Below are positions 26,556 through 32,000 of a stretch of DNA of 32,000 bases, in pieces. The notes beneath the pieces were generated by a model, which saw only the letters and a list, made by a program, of their open reading frames with translations, searched no databases and was not told the origin of the DNA. Source of the stretch: Aciduliprofundum boonei T469. Its GTDB lineage: Archaea > Thermoplasmatota > Thermoplasmata > Thermoplasmatales > Aciduliprofundaceae. Location of the stretch: NCBI RefSeq assembly GCF_000025665.1, contig NC_013926.1:300001-332000 (forward strand), in the 5' to 3' direction. How positions within the stretch are numbered: position 1 is the first letter of the stretch; each line of letters opens with the position of its first letter. The position numbers and the translations under genes are program-made.

Positions 26556-27582
26556 TTTTAGAAACGGAATTTACAATGTCCCTCACACCATCTTAAATAT
26601 CTTGGGAATAAAAAGCAATAAGGTCCTTGAACCTATTAAAGATTTGAAAGAGGATAAAATATTTTTTATTCTTGTTGATGCATTTGGGTACAATTTATTT
26701 GAGAAATACATCAAGGATTTTTGTGATTACGATCATTTTAAATTAACTTCACTGTTCCCCAGCACAACATCTGCAGTTCTAACAACTTTGTACACTGGGC
26801 TCTCTCCAAAGGAGCATGGAATTTTAGAATGGTATATGTACTATGAAGAATTTGGAGAAATAATCAAAACTCTACCCTTCTCCAGAAAAGATGGAAAGGA
26901 GAACGATGAACTAATAAAATTGGGATTCTCCCCCAAGAATTTGTTCAACTTGCCCACCATTTTTGAAAAATTAAAAAAAGAGGATATAGATAGCAAATTC
27001 TTTGTTAGAAAGGATTATGCATCCTCATCTTACACTCTTCATATGGGAAAAGGTGCAAAAATAGTTCCTTACACATCATTAGAAAATGTGTTTCAACTTC
27101 TTAAAAAATCAAATGCAGCTCTTAATTTTCTCTATATTGACTATCTCGACATTGCCCAACATCACTATGGACCCAATTCGAAAGAGACAAAAGATTTGCT
27201 TCTAAAAATATGGAAAAACATTGTAGATTTAAAAAATCACACTAAAGAAAGAACAATAGTAACAGCAGACCACGGTCAGATTGAGGTAAGTAAAAATTTT
27301 ATAATTGATGTTCCAAAAGATTTGGTAGGTGGAAGCCCCAGAGATGTTTTTCTTTACTCTGATTATTTACCATCCCTGGATTATATGGATGTGCTCAATA
27401 AAGAAGATATTTTGAAGCTCCTAGGTCCTGGAAAGGAGCATCCAAAATTAAAAGAAAGAGTACCAAATTACATCCTCCTGCCCAAAGATTCTTATACCAT
27501 ATGGTTTGAAGATTTTGCCCTAAAGGGCTTGCATGGGGGATTAAGTGCCGAGGAGATGTTTGTACCATTTATCCTTGTTTAG
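26539..27582 (+). CDS. Alkaline-phosphatase-superfamily enzyme (type I phosphodiesterase / nucleotide pyrophosphatase-like)
   Basis: FFILVDAFGYN, LFPSTTSAVLTTLYTGLSPKEHGI (nucleophile Thr/Ser region), DYLDIAQHHYGP, TADHGQ. ATG 26539 is preceded by GGGGG. Alternative ATG at 26524. Overlaps the antiporter 3' end. Confidence 0.8.
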   Translation: MEVLPDFRNGIYNVPHTILNILGIKSNKVLEPIKDLKEDKIFFILVDAFGYNLFEKYIKDFCDYDHFKLTSLFPSTTSAVLTTLYTGLSPKEHGILEWYMYYEEFGEIIKTLPFSRKDGKENDELIKLGFSPKNLFNLPTIFEKLKKEDIDSKFFVRKDYASSSYTLHMGKGAKIVPYTSLENVFQLLKKSNAALNFLYIDYLDIAQHHYGPNSKETKDLLLKIWKNIVDLKNHTKERTIVTADHGQIEVSKNFIIDVPKDLVGGSPRDVFLYSDYLPSLDYMDVLNKEDILKLLGPGKEHPKLKERVPNYILLPKDSYTIWFEDFALKGLHGGLSAEEMFVPFILV

Positions 27583-27590
27583 GATTATTC

Positions 27591-27608
27591 CTTTATAAGT
27601 ATTTAAAA
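27591..27608 (+). promoter_or_regulatory. TATA-like element (ctttataagtatttaaaa) upstream of the S53 peptidase gene; implies a 5' leader of about 75-85 nt
   Basis: This is the only strong A/T box in the 124-nt intergenic region. Unlike most genes here, this one also has a GGTGG SD at 27694-27698. Confidence 0.3.
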
Positions 27609-27706
27609 ACTCGATAAAATTAAATATTATCATGCATTTCTCCTAACACTGTCAGGTTTAGTCATGGCAAATGCTATGACTATTCCCGGCACAGGTGGTT
27701 GATTGA

Positions 27707-30700
27707 ATGAAGAAAGAGAGAAGTTTGTATGGACTAATATTAGTTATGGCCAGTATAATGATTTTCAGCGCACTTTCTGTGACAGTGTTTGCATCATCTG
27801 CCCAAGCATCCAATGCAATACCTATATCCAGTGGATTCAATCCAAAGCTTATCCATGATGGTACATTCATAGGTTATGCAAATGAGAACCAGAAAATATG
27901 GGTAACCATAGGGCTAAAATGGAAAAATGAAGAATCTCTTAACCTATTTTTGAAAGAAGTGAATGACCCAAGTTCTCCCAATTTTGGAAAGTATTTGACA
28001 TACAAGGAGTTTAAAAATAAATATGCCCCAAGTCCAGTAATATACAACAAAGTAATACAGTGGATTAAAAGCAAGAATGTACACATAGAATACACCTATG
28101 GCCTAAGAAATGCCATAGTCCTCCACGACACAATTGGTAAAATTGGCAATTTGCTAGGAGTTAGATTTGGCTATTTCAAATCAAATAGCCCGAACTACAA
28201 TAAAGAATACTTTGCTGCTATGAATGAGCCAAAAATTCCTGCATACCTAAAGCCCTATATCTCAGGAATAAATGGACTGAACAATGCAACGAAATTCAAA
28301 TTAAATTATTACACCGCAAGTAGCGGGATAGATTATCTTAGCGGAGCAGATGTTGCTAAGATGTACCAAGTTTATCAACTATATAACAATACCCCAGATG
28401 GTTCTGCAAGTACTCACCATATATTTGCTACGGGACTGCGTGTGGCTACTGTGCTATGGGAAGGCGCAGATTCTTGGGGTGATCAATATGCACCATTTGA
28501 CCCTAATGCAATAACTTATTATTATCAGCATGTGATTCCAACATGGATTCAGAATCTTGGTGTTATGTCCACTGTCCATTATTACGGTACATCAGGTACT
28601 GTTGCACCTGGAAGCAACACCGATGGAAGTGTTTCTACTGAAAATGAACTGGATCTAGAAATGGTTGGTACATTGGCACCGGGCGTAGATGCTTTCTGTG
28701 TATACGGCCCAGGAGGAAGCAGTGGTGGGCCTTCTGAGAGCAACTTCCCAGATAATGAGTATAACTACATACTCAATACCCTTGCTTCTGAGAGTAGCCC
28801 AATACTCGTTGCTGTAAGTAATTCTTGGGGTGGTGGTGATTCTCAGGAGAGTAGCACAACTATGAATGATGTGAAGGCATTAGAGGCCATGGGTGTAACT
28901 GTTATGGCTTCAAGCGGTGATGATGGAGATACCACCTCGCCTAGCGAGCCTTCTACAGCTGCCTATGACACATACGGATTTTTGGCAGTTGGGGGAACAA
29001 CGCCAGTACCTAACGGAGTAGATCATACTACTTTAGATGATTACGCTACTATGGGTAACAATACAGATCTGGCAAATCCAAGAAGTAGTGAGATTGTTTG
29101 GTATGATTCATCAAGCACCAATTCTGCTGGAGATCACTGGGGTACACAGAGTGGCGTGAGCTCAGTTTATGCTGAGCCATCCTGGCAGAGCAACTATATA
29201 GGAAGCTACAGTGGAAGGGTAACGGCCGATATTTCTGCTATGGGAAATCATACCCTAATATATGTGAGCAGTAGCAGTGGAACCCAATGGAGTGCAGTAG
29301 CAGGTACATCCGTTGCGTGCCCAGTTACAGCAGGTATGGTGGCTATGATGGATGCATATATTGGAGTAGAATACGGAGTATCAAACCATGGATTGGGCTT
29401 CTTGAACCCAATAATATATAAATTAGGATATGACTACTACCATAATGGAAAATTCGCAAATTCACCTCCTTATTATGATGTTACTCAAGGAGCTACCGGT
29501 GGCGGTGGTTCAGCTTCAACTGGCTGGGATCAGGTGTCAGGCTGGGGAGTAATAAACGCTTGGAACTTTATACACGATATTGGATTTACAATAAATGCTT
29601 CATCTACCTCTGCTAGTATTAACGCAGGGGAAAGTGCAAGTTATACGCTAAATATAGCATACCCATATGATTGGACAACTGATGTAGGTCATTTTGAGGT
29701 AAGTGGTTTACCATCTGGAGCCACTGCATCATTCTCTTCCAACTATGTACATCCTAGTGGAAATGGCGCATCCTCCTCATTAACATTAACTGTGCAAACA
29801 TCAAGTAGCACTCCTTCTGGAACCTATACATTAACATTCATGGCTTATACATATAATCACACAACTGGTCACTGGGGTAATTTAACAAACTCTATCCAGC
29901 TTACTCTAACCGTAGGCAGTGGAGGAAGCAATCCGACAGCACCAAGTGCACCACAGAACTTGCAGGCAAGCGCAGGTAATGGTTATGTGCTCCTAAATTG
30001 GCAGGCACCAAGCAACAATGGTGGAGCTAGTATTACTGAATACAAGATTTATCGTGGCACAAGCTCCGGCGGAGAATCCTATCTTGCGGAAGTATCTGGA
30101 ACTACTCTATCTTACAACGATACTTCCGTCACTAACGGCAATACTTACTACTACTATGTCACCGCTGTGAACTCTGCTGGAGAATCCTCTGCTAGCAATG
30201 AAGTTAGTGCTACTCCTCAGAGTAGTGTTACCGCTCCTTCTGCTCCTCAGAATCTTCAAGCTACTGCAGGTAATGGTTATGTGCTCCTAAATTGGCAGGC
30301 ACCAAGCAACAATGGTGGAGCTAGTATTACCAACTACAAGATATATCGTGGCACAAGCTCCGGCGGAGAATCTTATCTTGCAGAAGTATCTGGAACTACC
30401 CTATCTTATAACGATACTTCCGTCACTAATGGACAAACTTACTATTACTATGTCACCGCTGTGAATTCTGCTGGAGAATCTCCAGCTAGCAATGAAGTTA
30501 GTGCTACTCCTCAGGCTCCTCCTTCACCTTCTTCACTCAAAATATTGCTTGTGGATGATGATGGTGGCCAAAACTATCAAACCTATTTCACTCAAGCCCT
30601 AGACGCTGATGGGTACTCTTACGATGTCTGGGATGTGAGCTCTAGCGGCTCTCCCTCCGCTAGCACCCTCGAAAATTATAATGTGGTCATCTGGACCACC

Positions 30701-31306
30701 GGTGCTACATGGTCCAATACCCTTACATCTACCGACCAGAGCAACCTTGAAACTTACCTCAATAACGGTGGCGCTCTATACCTATCCTCCCAGGACTTCT
30801 TGTACGATCTCACGGGCGGATGGGACGAATCCATATCCAATACATTCGTAACCAACTATCTTGGCGTGGATTATGTAGCCAATGATGTGCAGTATAACAG
30901 CGTGGCAGGGGTGTCTGGCACATTCGTGCAGTCATTTACATCCATCTCCCTATCTAACTACCCGTTCACCAACTACGATGATGAACTCGGCCTTAGCTCT
31001 TATGGCCACGCTCTGTTCTATAACCCCTCCGATAACTATGTTACTGGAGACTATGTACAGACATCCACTTATAAGACCGTATTCACTGCTTTCTCATTCG
31101 AAGCTGTGGAAAATACTGACTCCTCTACCGGCAATGCTCTCCTCAAAGCAATCATTGACTGGCTTAGCGGAGAAACAACTTCAATACAGGGAGATATACA
31201 AATACCAATGAGCTTCTCAGACCACAGTGAAAATAATTTGGATGTCTTCAACAATGCTCCAATAATCCACGCACCGGAAATCGCTGCCATATTTAGATCT
31301 TTCTAA
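27707..31306 (+). CDS. Secreted S53 (sedolisin/kumamolisin-type) serine-carboxyl peptidase with propeptide, Ig-like domain, two FN3 domains and a C-terminal alpha/beta domain
   Basis: Signal peptide MKKERSLYGLILVMASIMIFSALSVTVFASSAQA. Pro-kumamolisin-like activation domain. Catalytic motifs ENELDLEM (E312/D316), SNSWGG, ASSGDDGD, AGTSVACP (Ser535, nt 29309-29311). FN3 repeats at aa 744-939. GGTGG SD 8 nt upstream of the ATG. Confidence 0.9.
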   Translation: MKKERSLYGLILVMASIMIFSALSVTVFASSAQASNAIPISSGFNPKLIHDGTFIGYANENQKIWVTIGLKWKNEESLNLFLKEVNDPSSPNFGKYLTYKEFKNKYAPSPVIYNKVIQWIKSKNVHIEYTYGLRNAIVLHDTIGKIGNLLGVRFGYFKSNSPNYNKEYFAAMNEPKIPAYLKPYISGINGLNNATKFKLNYYTASSGIDYLSGADVAKMYQVYQLYNNTPDGSASTHHIFATGLRVATVLWEGADSWGDQYAPFDPNAITYYYQHVIPTWIQNLGVMSTVHYYGTSGTVAPGSNTDGSVSTENELDLEMVGTLAPGVDAFCVYGPGGSSGGPSESNFPDNEYNYILNTLASESSPILVAVSNSWGGGDSQESSTTMNDVKALEAMGVTVMASSGDDGDTTSPSEPSTAAYDTYGFLAVGGTTPVPNGVDHTTLDDYATMGNNTDLANPRSSEIVWYDSSSTNSAGDHWGTQSGVSSVYAEPSWQSNYIGSYSGRVTADISAMGNHTLIYVSSSSGTQWSAVAGTSVACPVTAGMVAMMDAYIGVEYGVSNHGLGFLNPIIYKLGYDYYHNGKFANSPPYYDVTQGATGGGGSASTGWDQVSGWGVINAWNFIHDIGFTINASSTSASINAGESASYTLNIAYPYDWTTDVGHFEVSGLPSGATASFSSNYVHPSGNGASSSLTLTVQTSSSTPSGTYTLTFMAYTYNHTTGHWGNLTNSIQLTLTVGSGGSNPTAPSAPQNLQASAGNGYVLLNWQAPSNNGGASITEYKIYRGTSSGGESYLAEVSGTTLSYNDTSVTNGNTYYYYVTAVNSAGESSASNEVSATPQSSVTAPSAPQNLQATAGNGYVLLNWQAPSNNGGASITNYKIYRGTSSGGESYLAEVSGTTLSYNDTSVTNGQTYYYYVTAVNSAGESPASNEVSATPQAPPSPSSLKILLVDDDGGQNYQTYFTQALDADGYSYDVWDVSSSGSPSASTLENYNVVIWTTGATWSNTLTSTDQSNLETYLNNGGALYLSSQDFLYDLTGGWDESISNTFVTNYLGVDYVANDVQYNSVAGVSGTFVQSFTSISLSNYPFTNYDDELGLSSYGHALFYNPSDNYVTGDYVQTSTYKTVFTAFSFEAVENTDSSTGNALLKAIIDWLSGETTSIQGDIQIPMSFSDHSENNLDVFNNAPIIHAPEIAAIFRSF
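29936..30514 (+). repeat. Tandem direct repeat, 2 x 294 nt, encoding two fibronectin type III domains inside the S53 peptidase gene
   Basis: Copy 1 begins at 29936 and copy 2 at 30230. Hand alignment: 4 aa differences in the 95 aligned residues, and a 65-nt perfectly identical run (gcaggtaatggttatgtgctcc...agtattac). Confidence 0.9.
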
Positions 31307-31326
31307 ATTTTTATTTTTTAATTTTT
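31307..31326 (+). terminator. Oligo-T tract immediately after the S53 peptidase stop codon
   Basis: atttttattttttaattttt begins directly after TAA 31304-31306. Archaeal RNA polymerase terminates at oligo-T runs. Confidence 0.35.
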
Positions 31327-31334
31327 GGGGAAAA

Positions 31335-31344
31335 TTTTAAATTA
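31335..31344 (+). promoter_or_regulatory. TATA-like box (ttttaaatta) for guaB
   Basis: 20-29 nt upstream of ATG 31364. No SD, so consistent with a leaderless transcript. Confidence 0.3.
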
Positions 31345-31363
31345 AGCATTCATTATAGGGCCT

Positions 31364-32000
31364 ATGTTTGAAGAAAAATTAAAAAATGCAAAAATAGGGC
31401 TTACATTCGACGATGTTCTGCTTTTACCATCAAAAACTCCAGTCGAACCAAAGGATGTGGATATTTCCTCCAATATAACTAGGCATATAAGAGCTAAAAT
31501 TCCAATTTTAAGTTCCCCAATGGATACTGTTACGGAAGATAGAATGGCCATAGCCCTTGCAGAATTGGGTGCACTCGGCATAATTCACAGAAATTTAACA
31601 ATTGAGGAGCAGGTAAATCTTGTAAAGAATGTTAAGAAGGAAGAGAGCTTGATTATCAGGGATCTGCATACCGTTACTCCTGATACAACCATTGAAGAAG
31701 CTGAAAGAATAATGAGAGAATACAAAATCGCAGGTTTACCCGTTGTTAAGGATGAAAAACTTGTGGGTATATTAACGAATAGGGACATAAGATTTTATAG
31801 GGGTGGCAAGATAAAAGTATCCGAACTAATGACAAAGAATGTTATAACTGCTCCTGAAGGTATATCCATTGAGGAGGCAATAGAAATAATGCACAAAAAC
31901 AGAATTGAGAAATTACCCATTGTGAAAGATGGAAAATTGAAAGGGCTTATAACCGCAAAAGATATCCTTAAGAGAGAGAAGTATCCAAATGCGTTAAGGG
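31364..32000 (+). CDS. guaB: Inosine-5'-monophosphate dehydrogenase, N-terminal part (runs off the window end; not in the ORF track)
   Basis: Hand translation from ATG 31364 is open to base 32000: MFEEKLKNAKIGLTFDDVLLLPSKTPVEPKDVDISSNITRHIRAKIPILSSPMDTVTEDRMAIALAELGALGIIHRN..., followed by the inserted CBS pair (VTPDTTIEEAERIM...GLPVV, ITAPEGISIEEAIEIM...KLPIV). Confidence 0.9.
   Translation, partial: MFEEKLKNAKIGLTFDDVLLLPSKTPVEPKDVDISSNITRHIRAKIPILSSPMDTVTEDRMAIALAELGALGIIHRNLTIEEQVNLVKNVKKEESLIIRDLHTVTPDTTIEEAERIMREYKIAGLPVVKDEKLVGILTNRDIRFYRGGKIKVSELMTKNVITAPEGISIEEAIEIMHKNRIEKLPIVKDGKLKGLITAKDILKREKYPNALR

Noticed and set aside
26524-27582. Alkaline-phosphatase-fold protein as a PglZ/BREX-type defence component
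   Set aside because: Its size and motifs (DAFGYN, PSTTS…TG…HG, TADHGQ) fit ordinary type I phosphodiesterase/nucleotide pyrophosphatase enzymes. No BREX partners (methyltransferase, BrxC-like ATPase, Lon-like BrxL) are nearby.
30882-31211. 109-aa plus-strand and 73-aa minus-strand ORFs inside the 3' part of the protease gene
   Set aside because: They lie in alternative frames of a region whose main frame continues a long, motif-supported ORF. The low density of stop codons there follows from the locally less A/T-rich composition.
1-32000. CRISPR array or cas operon to go with the Cas4-like gene; also tRNA/rRNA genes, transposases and integrases
   Set aside because: Beyond the FN3 coding repeat, I saw no short regularly spaced direct repeats. 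The longest non-coding gaps are only ~125-140 nt and lack tRNA-like GC-rich stems. No other cas-like, IS-like or integrase-like ORFs. The Cas4-like gene is therefore treated as a solo family member.

Overview
Compact, AT-rich archaeal chromosome segment with purine-rich coding strands. I call about 28 protein genes. I found no rRNA, tRNA, CRISPR array, transposase or integrase. All calls come from reading the supplied translations and the DNA by eye; no searches were run. The gene content fits a thermophilic, peptide-fermenting euryarchaeon. The S53 acid protease hints at acidophily, so an Aciduliprofundum- or Thermococcales-like organism is a low-confidence guess. Housekeeping and metabolic genes: iorA (5'-truncated)/iorB, speE, a split acdA/acdB pair directly beside a fused alpha-beta ADP-forming acyl-CoA synthetase, a site-2 protease, a metallophosphoesterase, an alpha/beta hydrolase, a CBS protein coupled to a CPA2 antiporter, an alkaline-phosphatase-superfamily enzyme, and guaB (3'-truncated; missing from the ORF track). 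Regions worth a second look: (1) 2770-6735, a same-strand cluster that starts with a Cas4-family Fe-S nuclease interrupted by four predicted TM helices, followed by an MBL-fold hydrolase, a small membrane protein and a surface-anchored lamin-tail-domain + double-HKD PLD enzyme. (2) A 2076-aa AglB oligosaccharyltransferase carrying a sequon-rich extension of about 1180 aa made of repeated beta-sandwich modules and a terminal TM anchor, with its stop codon overlapping the start of a small surface protein gene. (3) A short YqgF/RuvX-like RNase H-fold protein with a small acidic partner. (4) A 1199-aa mosaic sedolisin with a recently homogenised FN3 tandem repeat. (5) Every convergent gene junction in the window abuts or overlaps. 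None of these is proven to be a new system. The Cas4-TM cluster and the giant AglB are my best candidates.
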